DNA from: an uncultured Gammaproteobacteria bacterium
GTDB taxonomy: Bacteria > Patescibacteriota > Microgenomatia > UBA8517
Direction: 5' to 3'
DNA: 64,000 bases
Assembly: GCA_964608405.1 (NCBI GenBank)
Contig: CAZSNC010000001.1
Location: forward strand, 18,667-82,666
Shown: positions 9,744 to 16,965 of the stretch, piece by piece
Position numbering within the stretch: position 1 is the stretch's first letter
Layout of the letters: every line of letters begins with the position of its first letter
Program-made: the position numbers and the translations under genes
The notes under the pieces: model-generated
What the model was told of the DNA's origin: nothing
Databases searched by the model: none
What the model saw: the letters and a program-made list of their open reading frames with translations, nothing else

Positions 9744-10715
9744 TTATGGGGCAAGACAACAAGTATCTAAAGTATTATCCGGATCAGTGCCGCAAACCTC
9801 ACCGTTTAGATAATTACACTCCTGATTAGTTATGCATCCATAACCGCCATTACAGGTTGTAAAACCTACAGGTAGTGTTGGAGCTGGAGTTGAGTTAAAA
9901 TTCTCACAGGAAGGATACCAAAGGCCACAAGTGGAATATGTGCCACAGCAAACCCATCGCTGGAATGAATCAAAACAAGCATTGCAGTCAGGGGGAAGTG
10001 TGCAACAACAGTCAGGAAAAGGACCTACTGGATTACATACGGCAGCAGCAACAGAAACCACATTACCTGAACATAAACCATCAGCAACACAACTCCCTGA
10101 AGAAATACTACCGTATACAGCCTGACACGCACTGTTACAATCAGGCGCCGTCGTGGGAGCAGGAGTAAGTGAACCCCTACAGCAACAATTGTTCGGGGGA
10201 TTTGTTAACGCACACATATTATTGTCGGGTACCTCTATTTCATAACTTGCACAACTATTCATCGTACATCTGCCAATATTATTCACATACCCCGCCGCTT
10301 GGCAAGCCGCAGAGCAATCACCTAATGTTCCGGTTGGAATCGAGGTAGGACTAAGCGACACAGTGACGGCTGCCGTTGGACCTACTATTGGAACCCCAAC
10401 ATTACCCAAATTGATTCCAAAAACGACGTTGATTGTTTTTAATATTACCCATAATGCAAAAAGAACAAACAGCCCGGTGACAGCATTAATTATCTTACTC
10501 CTTGCACCTTCCAATTTTTCCTTACTTCCACCGGAGGTAGTCCATTGGATACCACCAAAAATCAAAAGGAGAAAAAATGCGAGTATGCAAATGATATAAC
10601 CAACGTTAATAAATACCGGAATCAATCTATTCGCATAATCCACTGCAGTAAAATTCCTTAATGGTTCGATTAACTGTGGATTGTAAATTCTTTGGACCAG
10701 TGATAGAGCGTTCAT
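9744..10715 (-). CDS. cysteine-rich surface protein with an N-terminal two-helix membrane hairpin (pilin-like) and a C-terminal 6-Cys module; paralog of 11279..13192
   Basis: 323 aa, about 36 Cys. N-terminus is hydrophobic helix - GGIQWTTSGGSKEKLEGARSKIINA - hydrophobic helix; extracellular part is rich in CC/CCC runs. C-terminal CNGGYGCITNQECNYLNGEVC...TCC is shared with the 637-aa protein. ATGA start/stop overlap with the upstream gene. Confidence 0.6.
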   Translation of the reverse strand: MNALSLVQRIYNPQLIEPLRNFTAVDYANRLIPVFINVGYIICILAFFLLLIFGGIQWTTSGGSKEKLEGARSKIINAVTGLFVLFALWVILKTINVVFGINLGNVGVPIVGPTAAVTVSLSPTSIPTGTLGDCSAACQAAGYVNNIGRCTMNSCASYEIEVPDNNMCALTNPPNNCCCRGSLTPAPTTAPDCNSACQAVYGSISSGSCVADGLCSGNVVSVAAAVCNPVGPFPDCCCTLPPDCNACFDSFQRWVCCGTYSTCGLWYPSCENFNSTPAPTLPVGFTTCNGGYGCITNQECNYLNGEVCGTDPDNTLDTCCLAP

Positions 10716-11266
10716 ATTGTTTTTAAAACTTCACCGTTATACACCTTCCATTGAGAGTCAATTTTAACCATTGTGAAATCCCAATAGGTTTTTGTCTGAG
10801 AAACAGTAATTTCAACACCAACATACGCATAGTCTTTATTTTCAGAGTACTTCACACTAAAAACAGTGAATGATATATTATTTTTATATCTTACAACACC
10901 TTCCATAAAATGTTTAAGTTTCTCTTTGGAATTAAGATCTGACAAACTCCCCGACGCTTCATCAACTTGATTGTTTCTTAGTAATTTGAAAAACTTCAAA
11001 AGTTCCACAACAGGCGCTTCGTCAAGATAACCAGTTGATCCGCTTGTAACCGTGCTACCATCTTCTAAGTTGACATCCTGTGACAATAGTCTATCCGTTT
11101 CTAAATTTCTTTTCTCCGAAGATCTTGAAATACTTCCATATGCATTGGAAAAAATTGTAATACCAATAAGTAAAAACACAAATACTCCCAAAATAATTAT
11201 TTTAGAGTTTTTTGACCAAATGAGGGAAAATTTAGATTGTAAATTCAGATTCTGTGGTTGTTCCAT
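10712..11266 (-). CDS. hypothetical membrane-anchored protein (single N-terminal TM, small extracytoplasmic beta-rich domain) encoded between the two Cys-rich paralogs
   Basis: 184 aa; TM helix IIILGVFVFLLIGITIF. C-terminal domain resembles small lipoprotein/NTF2-like folds (YAYVGVEITVSQTKTYWDFTMVKIDSQWKVYNG). 13-bp gap to the upstream gene and 4-bp overlap with the downstream gene. Confidence 0.55.
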   Translation of the reverse strand: MEQPQNLNLQSKFSLIWSKNSKIIILGVFVFLLIGITIFSNAYGSISRSSEKRNLETDRLLSQDVNLEDGSTVTSGSTGYLDEAPVVELLKFFKLLRNNQVDEASGSLSDLNSKEKLKHFMEGVVRYKNNISFTVFSVKYSENKDYAYVGVEITVSQTKTYWDFTMVKIDSQWKVYNGEVLKTI

Positions 11267-11278
11267 AATATTATTTTA

Positions 11279-13192
11279 CTATTGACAGCAGGTTGTACCG
11301 ACCACTGAATCAAATAGGCACTCTTCTCCACCCATATAATCACATTCTTGATTTGTTGTACATCCATAACCACCATTACAGGCAGCAGAAATAGGATTAG
11401 GAACACAATTGCAATACGTCCAGTTAGTTGCATGTCCGTTGCAAAGGGGGGAAGCTATAGACGCCAATATTCCGCTGTAGCACCCGTGTACATTCGTAAG
11501 ACTACACATATCAACATATGTCATACCATTATCAGCAGTACTATTTGTTCCTATCGATTGGCAAAAATCACCGTTACGAAAACCGTTAAGCCAACAAAGG
11601 TCACGGCAAGATATACCAGTTGCTTCGTTCAATAATATGTTTTCAGCAGCTTGACACCTCCCGTTATTACAAATATTTCCGCCGCAACAATCATTACTTG
11701 TCGAACAACCACTACCTGATAAACGACAACATCTTCCGGCGTCACATCCGTATGTCACATCCGGAAGTGAGGAAATATTTCTACAATCATAAGTTTGGGA
11801 CATTGGAGATGTTGAAACACAATAGTTTTCATTTAATAAAACGGAACTGGAGCAGCGGTCAGATACGGAAGAAAAGACACCCAAACTACTCATACTGCTT
11901 ACAAACCCATACGTTGAATAATTTATTCCTCCATCAGTATCAGTACAAAAAGCTGCAATAGTTGGGGTCGGAAAAGGGGTTGCGGTCGGAACAGGAGTGT
12001 TTGTAGGCAACGGTGTTGAGGTTGGAACTCGTGTTGGAGTAGGTGTAGGAATTCTTGTTGGTGTAGATGTTGGAATAGTTGTTGGAGTTTGTGTCGGAAT
12101 TCTTGTTGGAGTGGGAGTTGCGGTTACTGGGGGAAGAAGAATCCTTGTAGGTATGGGTGTGTTTGTTGATGTTGGTACAACTAATGTTGGCGTTGATGTT
12201 GGAAGATCCAAGCCTCCAACTGGCGGTGTCGTCGGAGTAACATAAGTACAAACCCATGCGCATCCAGGAAGTGGAATAATTGAAACACACGCTGCTTGTG
12301 TAAGCCGACCAGGACACCAACTTGGACCCATACACGAACAAAAATTTGGAACCATTGTTGGGGTTGGTATTAAAGACGGTACTAAAGTCGGGGTTACTTG
12401 TGGACAACACCAACAGTCCTGAGTTGGTCCTGTACAATCACCATTGAAATTCTGACAACCTGGATACGGTGGTTGTGAATTTACCCCTGGTGCACCAACA
12501 CAATAACCCTGTGTAAGAGGTGTACCACTCGGAAGGGGTGTACCCGTTGTAGCAATCCTCGTTGTACATAAAACCGAACAGTCTCTATAAACTACTGGTG
12601 ACGGTGCCACCGGACAACAAATGCAATCTGCTGTTGGATCGGTGCAATTGGTATTAGAATCCCCACAACCAACATACGGATAAGGAGTTCCTGCTGGAAT
12701 ACAATATCCAACTGTACTCCCTGTACAATTATCCGTACAACTTCTATATCCCACAACAACCGATGTAGGAGCTGGACCTCCGCTTCCCGCCGTCCCAAAG
12801 TTGGCAATATCCACTCCAAGAATTAGGTAAACAAGTCTTGAGATGACAAAAATAGAAAGAAGAATCAGGAGTCCGATAATGGCATGAGTAATCTTTCCTC
12901 TTGCTTCCGCAAGTTTACTTTTGTCACCACCTGCCGTAATCCACTGAAATGCTCCGATAATAAAAACAATGACAAAGACAACAACAGCGATTATATAAAC
13001 AATATTTAGCACCCTTGGAATTATTGTATTGATATAATCCCACCCACGTCCGAGCCCACCACTTAAGACGGGATTTGAAACCTGAGTTAACAATACCGAA
13101 TTTAAAAACATACCAATCACTATGATATTAACATAAAGTTGTGAGTATATTCTATAAGTGACACCACACCTCCTTTGTGAATATGAAATCAA
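11279..13192 (-). CDS. large cysteine-rich surface protein: N-terminal pilin-like membrane hairpin, internally duplicated Cys modules, Pro/Thr-rich tandem-repeat linker, C-terminal 6-Cys module
   Basis: Up to 637 aa (the ORF track starts at a TTG; the probable start is ATG at 13111, MFLNS...). Shared N-terminal motif FQWITAGGDKSKLAEARGKITHAII. Internal repeat NCTDPTADCICCP / GDCTGPTQDCWCCP. PT-repeat linker (PTPTRIPT units). A hevein-like spaced-Cys stretch CCRLSGSGCSTSNDCCGGNICNNGRCQ. C-terminal CNGGYGCTTNQECDYMGGEEC...TCCQ. Confidence 0.6.
   Translation of the reverse strand: MISYSQRRCGVTYRIYSQLYVNIIVIGMFLNSVLLTQVSNPVLSGGLGRGWDYINTIIPRVLNIVYIIAVVVFVIVFIIGAFQWITAGGDKSKLAEARGKITHAIIGLLILLSIFVISRLVYLILGVDIANFGTAGSGGPAPTSVVVGYRSCTDNCTGSTVGYCIPAGTPYPYVGCGDSNTNCTDPTADCICCPVAPSPVVYRDCSVLCTTRIATTGTPLPSGTPLTQGYCVGAPGVNSQPPYPGCQNFNGDCTGPTQDCWCCPQVTPTLVPSLIPTPTMVPNFCSCMGPSWCPGRLTQAACVSIIPLPGCAWVCTYVTPTTPPVGGLDLPTSTPTLVVPTSTNTPIPTRILLPPVTATPTPTRIPTQTPTTIPTSTPTRIPTPTPTRVPTSTPLPTNTPVPTATPFPTPTIAAFCTDTDGGINYSTYGFVSSMSSLGVFSSVSDRCSSSVLLNENYCVSTSPMSQTYDCRNISSLPDVTYGCDAGRCCRLSGSGCSTSNDCCGGNICNNGRCQAAENILLNEATGISCRDLCWLNGFRNGDFCQSIGTNSTADNGMTYVDMCSLTNVHGCYSGILASIASPLCNGHATNWTYCNCVPNPISAACNGGYGCTTNQECDYMGGEECLFDSVVGTTCCQ
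11985..12245 (-). repeat. in-frame tandem Pro/Thr-rich repeat region (PTPTRIPT-type units) inside the 637-aa Cys-rich protein
   Basis: DNA-level periodicity encoding ...PTSTPTLVVPTSTNTPIPTRILLPPVTATPTPTRIPTQTPTTIPTSTPTRIPTPTPTRVPTSTPLPTNTPVPTATPFPTPT. Both alternative frames and the antisense strand give long artefactual ORFs (11997..12245 +, 11940..12437 -), as expected for low-complexity repeats. Confidence 0.7.
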
Positions 13193-13218
13193 TTCGCGGT
13201 TTGCTAAAATAGCGGTTA

Positions 13219-13292
13219 CGGGGTGTAGTTTAACGGTAGAATGGGCGCATGGGGTGCGTCCGGCGGCAGTTCAATTCTGCCCACCCCGACCA
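13219..13292 (+). tRNA. tRNA-Pro (anticodon GGG)
   Basis: Hand-folded cloverleaf: 7-bp acceptor CGGGGTG/CACCCCG; U8 A9; D-loop AACGGTA with the conserved GG; anticodon stem GGCGC/GCGTC; loop AUGGGGU (U33, anticodon GGG, G37); 4-nt variable loop; T-arm GGCAG-TTCAATT-CTGCC; discriminator A; encoded CCA. Confidence 0.75.
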
Positions 13293-13297
13293 AAATT

Positions 13298-13624
13298 ATG
13301 AAGGTTAATAATAATATCAGGTCGGCAATTTCAAATATTAGTAAGAACAAACTTCTTACAGTAGCTGTCTTACTAACATTCTTTCCTTTTGTTATTTGGT
13401 CTTTTGGTGCAGTCAGTTATATTTGGGCAATAATTTCCAACTTTGTTCTCACTAAACTTCCCGTATGGACTACGGTGTTTTTCTTATTGGTCGCTCCTTT
13501 TTTAGCCTTTTTCTTAAGCTTAATCAACTATTTAAATAAAAAGGATAAATTATCCAAAAAGCTCTTTCTGTTAAATCTCGTTTTTATCTCGCTCTCGATT
13601 ATTTCCTCACTTCTGTTTTCCTGA
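13298..13624 (+). CDS. small hypothetical polytopic membrane protein (3-4 TM helices)
   Basis: The ORF-track ORF 13241..13624 overlaps the tRNA, so it is trimmed here to the first ATG after the tRNA (MKVNNNIRSAISN...). Strongly hydrophobic. It is the only plausible plus-strand CDS in the window and is weakly supported. Confidence 0.35.
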   Translation: MKVNNNIRSAISNISKNKLLTVAVLLTFFPFVIWSFGAVSYIWAIISNFVLTKLPVWTTVFFLLVAPFLAFFLSLINYLNKKDKLSKKLFLLNLVFISLSIISSLLFS

Positions 13625-13630
13625 AAAAAT

Positions 13631-13882
13631 TCATGCTACACGTTCGTTGAGGGCACTGTAGAATTTCTGTAGATAATTTTCCGCTTTGTCCCAATGTTCA
13701 TCGCTCTGATTTTTTTCGGCTAAATTCCTTTCAATATTTGCTAAAACAAACAAATGTGCCGCCTTTGCAGCCTGAAATAGGGAGATCCTATAAACCTCTG
13801 CATATAAATTCTTAGCAATATCCTCGGCATCCCCTGAGTTTTTTATATCCCCCGTATCGTTAATTTCTTTCCAAAATTTCAC
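13631..13882 (-). CDS. hypothetical small helical protein
   Basis: 83-aa ORF in the same frame as, and just downstream of, the uppS C-terminal extension, separated from it by stop codons. No recognisable motif. Confidence 0.4.
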   Translation of the reverse strand: MKFWKEINDTGDIKNSGDAEDIAKNLYAEVYRISLFQAAKAAHLFVLANIERNLAEKNQSDEHWDKAENYLQKFYSALNERVA

Positions 13883-13975
13883 CTGTAGCGATGCTGCAAG
13901 AGAGGGTTCAAACGCCAGCTTTATTTCATCTCTGATGAGGGTGTAAAAACGCTTTAATGCAATTTTAGCTTTTTT

Positions 13976-14941
13976 CTACTTTCTTTCATTACCCTCAGTA
14001 AACGCTTGAGAAAGTAACTGCCCTGCTTCTTTTGCTAAGTGTTTTGACAAACCATACTGTTCTTTAACATGAGCTGCTGCATAGTCACGAAATCTGGTGT
14101 CATTTGGTATATTTGCAAGTCTCCACCAATTGATTTCCAGATCGGCAATAAGTTCGGGTTTAAACATCAAATGACTTTCCCTGTCGTTTCCACCAAACCT
14201 CCGTCTTCTTCTTGAATAATCCAATACGGCATCTTTCAATTTTTCGGGGGTAAAATCGGGGAAATGGTCGTTTTCCCAAAAATATTCAGTGTACGGTGAA
14301 TCCCAAAGAAGAAATCCGCTTGTTCTTTGCTCACCAGAAGTTCGTATCATAAGATCAACATATGGATAAGGTTGGTTGTGAAGATCTACATATTTATCCA
14401 AAACCTCTTTCGATATTTCATTCTCGGATAGTCCATCAGCAACCATCTTCTTAATGGCTCTAATTATGTCGTCTTGTCCTCCATAATCGATTGCCAGATT
14501 AATAATATGTTTAGTGTTTTTTTCCGTCATCTTCTCCGCATATGAAATCTTCTCTAAAAGAAATTTCGGAATTCTGTCCTTTCTGCCTATATGAACGATC
14601 CTTATTCCGTCTTGTTTTGCTTCCATCAGATAGTCATCGATAAGTTTCTTATAAAGTTTCATCAAATACTTAACCTCATCTTCACTCCTATCCCAATTTT
14701 CCGTGGAAAAACCCCATAAAGTTACTGTGTGTACACCCATCTTTCTAGCGGCACGCCCTACCTCTACTGCTCTTTCAAAACCAGCTTTATGTCCCAGAAG
14801 CGTATGAAGCCCGCGGGAACGCGCCCAACGCCTATTGCCATCCGGAATCAACGCAATATGATTTGGTACCTTTGTTCCTTTGGGAAGTTTGAGGCTTGTG
14901 TCGGAAGACATGAGGAGATTATAACATAAGACCATCAACAA
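13976..14941 (-). CDS. uppS: isoprenyl transferase / undecaprenyl-diphosphate synthase (UppS) with about 70-aa C-terminal extension
   Basis: Catalytic motif IALIPDGNRRWA (UPPS DGNGRWA box), the central WGFSTENW and the ...SRRRRRFGG end of the canonical fold, followed by an extra helical tail. Confidence 0.8.
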   Translation of the reverse strand: MLMVLCYNLLMSSDTSLKLPKGTKVPNHIALIPDGNRRWARSRGLHTLLGHKAGFERAVEVGRAARKMGVHTVTLWGFSTENWDRSEDEVKYLMKLYKKLIDDYLMEAKQDGIRIVHIGRKDRIPKFLLEKISYAEKMTEKNTKHIINLAIDYGGQDDIIRAIKKMVADGLSENEISKEVLDKYVDLHNQPYPYVDLMIRTSGEQRTSGFLLWDSPYTEYFWENDHFPDFTPEKLKDAVLDYSRRRRRFGGNDRESHLMFKPELIADLEINWWRLANIPNDTRFRDYAAAHVKEQYGLSKHLAKEAGQLLSQAFTEGNERK

Positions 14942-15503
14942 AAACTCTTAATTCTTCATCGTTTTTTGCCATCTGGGAAAAAGTTTCCAATCTTTTTTCA
15001 AATTCTTTTTTAGCACTTTCAAAATGAACTTGTCCTCTAACCGAAGCAATTCTTTCTCTCCATATCTTTACATAATGGTCAAAACCTTCTTTTGATATTT
15101 TCCCGTTTGCCAACAAGTTGATAAGTATTTTACCCCGCTTGTCGGATACATACTCCAATTTATCAGCATCAAAAAGTATTTGTGCTTCCGTTGAGCCTTG
15201 TAAGTTGCCAAACGAATGGGATCCAACAATCTCAAGAATCGTATTTTGCATTTCACGAGAGATATTACACTGATGCATTTTAACCTTTAGTAAAGCATTT
15301 TCATCATCCTGTCCCCGTTGGACATCGTGCCACCAAGCTGCAATTTTTAATGCATCCAAGTTTAAATTTTCCAATTTTTCTTCTTCAATAATCCGCAAAC
15401 AATTATTCCAAACTGCTTCATGATGCCTTTCGTCATGTACTGCATCAAAAGGAGATTCTATTAATTGGCGTTGTGCAATTGTGACAAGTTGCTCTGTCGA
15501 CAT
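14919..15503 (-). CDS. HD-domain phosphohydrolase family protein
   Basis: 194 aa; H...HD metal-binding pattern (VHDERHH ... AAWWHDV ... D). Overlaps the uppS start by 23 nt. Confidence 0.6.
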   Translation of the reverse strand: MSTEQLVTIAQRQLIESPFDAVHDERHHEAVWNNCLRIIEEEKLENLNLDALKIAAWWHDVQRGQDDENALLKVKMHQCNISREMQNTILEIVGSHSFGNLQGSTEAQILFDADKLEYVSDKRGKILINLLANGKISKEGFDHYVKIWRERIASVRGQVHFESAKKEFEKRLETFSQMAKNDEELRVFVDGLML

Positions 15504-15551
15504 AAAGCTATCGGCAGGATTTTAAATATTAATTACGTCCAAAACAACTTA

Positions 15552-15953
15552 TTACCTCTTTGGAGACTGTTTTGCACGTCTTGCTTTTCCTCCGGTTCCA
15601 ACCTTACGACGTTCCCTAATCCTTGCGTCACGTGTAAGAAGGCCGGCTTTTTTCAGAGGAAATCGTAAATTTTCTTTCTCAACCTTTGCTAAAGCTTTTG
15701 CTATTCCGTGTATAACCGCATCCAATTGACCTTTTTTCCCTCCTCCGATTACCCTGACGGATGCATAATATTTATCGGAGACATCCACTTGCTTAAATGC
15801 TTTCCCCCAAATATTTTTAAATACCGGAGCGTCAAAATATTTCTCTACAGGAATGCTGTTAACCGTTGTTTCACCTTTTCCTTTAAACAGTCTGATGCGT
15901 GCAGATGCGGTTTTACGTCTTCCAACAGCATATGTATATTCCAATTTTTTCAT
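15552..15953 (-). CDS. rpsI: 30S ribosomal protein S9
   Basis: 133 aa; conserved C-terminal ...RRKVGTGGKARRAKQSPKR. Confidence 0.93.
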   Translation of the reverse strand: MKKLEYTYAVGRRKTASARIRLFKGKGETTVNSIPVEKYFDAPVFKNIWGKAFKQVDVSDKYYASVRVIGGGKKGQLDAVIHGIAKALAKVEKENLRFPLKKAGLLTRDARIRERRKVGTGGKARRAKQSPKR

Positions 15954-15960
15954 AATTTAT

Positions 15961-16374
15961 TTATTTTAACTTATCTTCGTACAAATGTTTCTCTCCGGAA
16001 AATATTTTAAGTCTGGCAAGTCTTTTTGCTTTCAGACGATTGTCGGGAAGCATTCCCTTCACGGCAGAGAGAACAATCTTCGTAGGATCTTCCTTTAACA
16101 TTTTGGCATAAGTCACCTCTTTAAAACCTCCCGGGTAACCGGAATGGCTTCTATACACTTTCTGTCTTTCTTTTCTCCCCGTAACCTTAACTTTTTTGGC
16201 ATTAATTACAACTACATAATCACCGCTATCGATATGTTGTGAGTAATTGACCTTATCTTTCCCTATTAATTTAACCGCAATATCTGTTGCAATTCTTCCT
16301 AAAACTTTCCCGTCAACATCCACGAGATGCCATCCTCTTTTTACTTCCTTCTTCCTTGGTTGATATGTTTTCAT
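15961..16374 (-). CDS. rplM: 50S ribosomal protein L13
   Basis: 137 aa; MKTYQPRKKEVKRGWHLVDVDGKVLGRIAT N-terminus typical of L13. Confidence 0.93.
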   Translation of the reverse strand: MKTYQPRKKEVKRGWHLVDVDGKVLGRIATDIAVKLIGKDKVNYSQHIDSGDYVVVINAKKVKVTGRKERQKVYRSHSGYPGGFKEVTYAKMLKEDPTKIVLSAVKGMLPDNRLKAKRLARLKIFSGEKHLYEDKLK

Positions 16375-16375
16375 A

Positions 16376-16891
16376 CTATTTCTTTGGCGTCTCTTTCAAC
16401 TTTTTAAGGCTTAATCTTTCAACAACCTGTGCAATTGAAGGTTTACCTTTTACACTTTTTCCATCTCTACCATCCTTACTTTCTTTTACTTTCTCCGAAG
16501 ATTCCTCCTTCTTCTCAATTGTTTTCTTTTCTTCGATTTTAACTGTAAACTCGATCCTCGTCATTGCTGCATTGTCCCCTTTCCTGGCTGGTAAATTAAT
16601 ATATGTGAGAAATCCGCCGTTTTTAGAGACAATCAGTTTTGATAATCGAATTATTTCATCAGAAACTTTTCTGTCATTACCGACAATCCTATAAACAAAA
16701 CGCCTGTCGGAGAGAGTATTTTTTCTAGCCCTCGTTATCAATTTTTCGTACATCGGACCAACAACCTTCGCTTTCGCGTAGGTCGTGACCAATTTCTTAT
16801 TCCCCGTGAGTGAACCTATAAGCGCACGATACATCGCACGCCGACTCGTAGTATCACGAGAGAATTTTTTTCCAAACACTTTCTTTTTCAT
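16376..16891 (-). CDS. rplQ: 50S ribosomal protein L17 (with C-terminal Lys/Glu-rich extension)
   Basis: N-terminal ...FSRDTTSRRAMYRALIGSLTGNKKLVTTYAKAK... matches the L17 core; about 50 extra C-terminal residues. Confidence 0.9.
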   Translation of the reverse strand: MKKKVFGKKFSRDTTSRRAMYRALIGSLTGNKKLVTTYAKAKVVGPMYEKLITRARKNTLSDRRFVYRIVGNDRKVSDEIIRLSKLIVSKNGGFLTYINLPARKGDNAAMTRIEFTVKIEEKKTIEKKEESSEKVKESKDGRDGKSVKGKPSIAQVVERLSLKKLKETPKK

Positions 16892-16965
16892 AATATCGGC
16901 CGTTGCAACTACCCAACAACCTACCCTTGTTAAAGGCTTAAAAGTGAACTTTGTCGATTTTTCAA

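Noticed and set aside
11940-12437. ORFs 11997..12245 (+, VGVGVG-rich) and 11940..12437 (-, Ser/Asn/Thr-rich) inside the large Cys-rich gene
   Set aside because: These are artefacts of the DNA-level Pro/Thr tandem repeat, which is open in several frames on both strands. The frame encoding PTPT units is continuous with the conserved N- and C-terminal modules and is the real one.
13241-13297. 5' part of plus-strand ORF 13241..13624
   Set aside because: It overlaps the tRNA-Pro gene (13219-13292); the CDS is trimmed to the first ATG after the tRNA.
13204-13300. tRNA-adjacent genomic island / integrase signature
   Set aside because: No integrase, no direct repeat of the tRNA 3' end, and the tRNA 3' end faces away from the Cys-rich cassette. 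It is kept only as a low-interest note.
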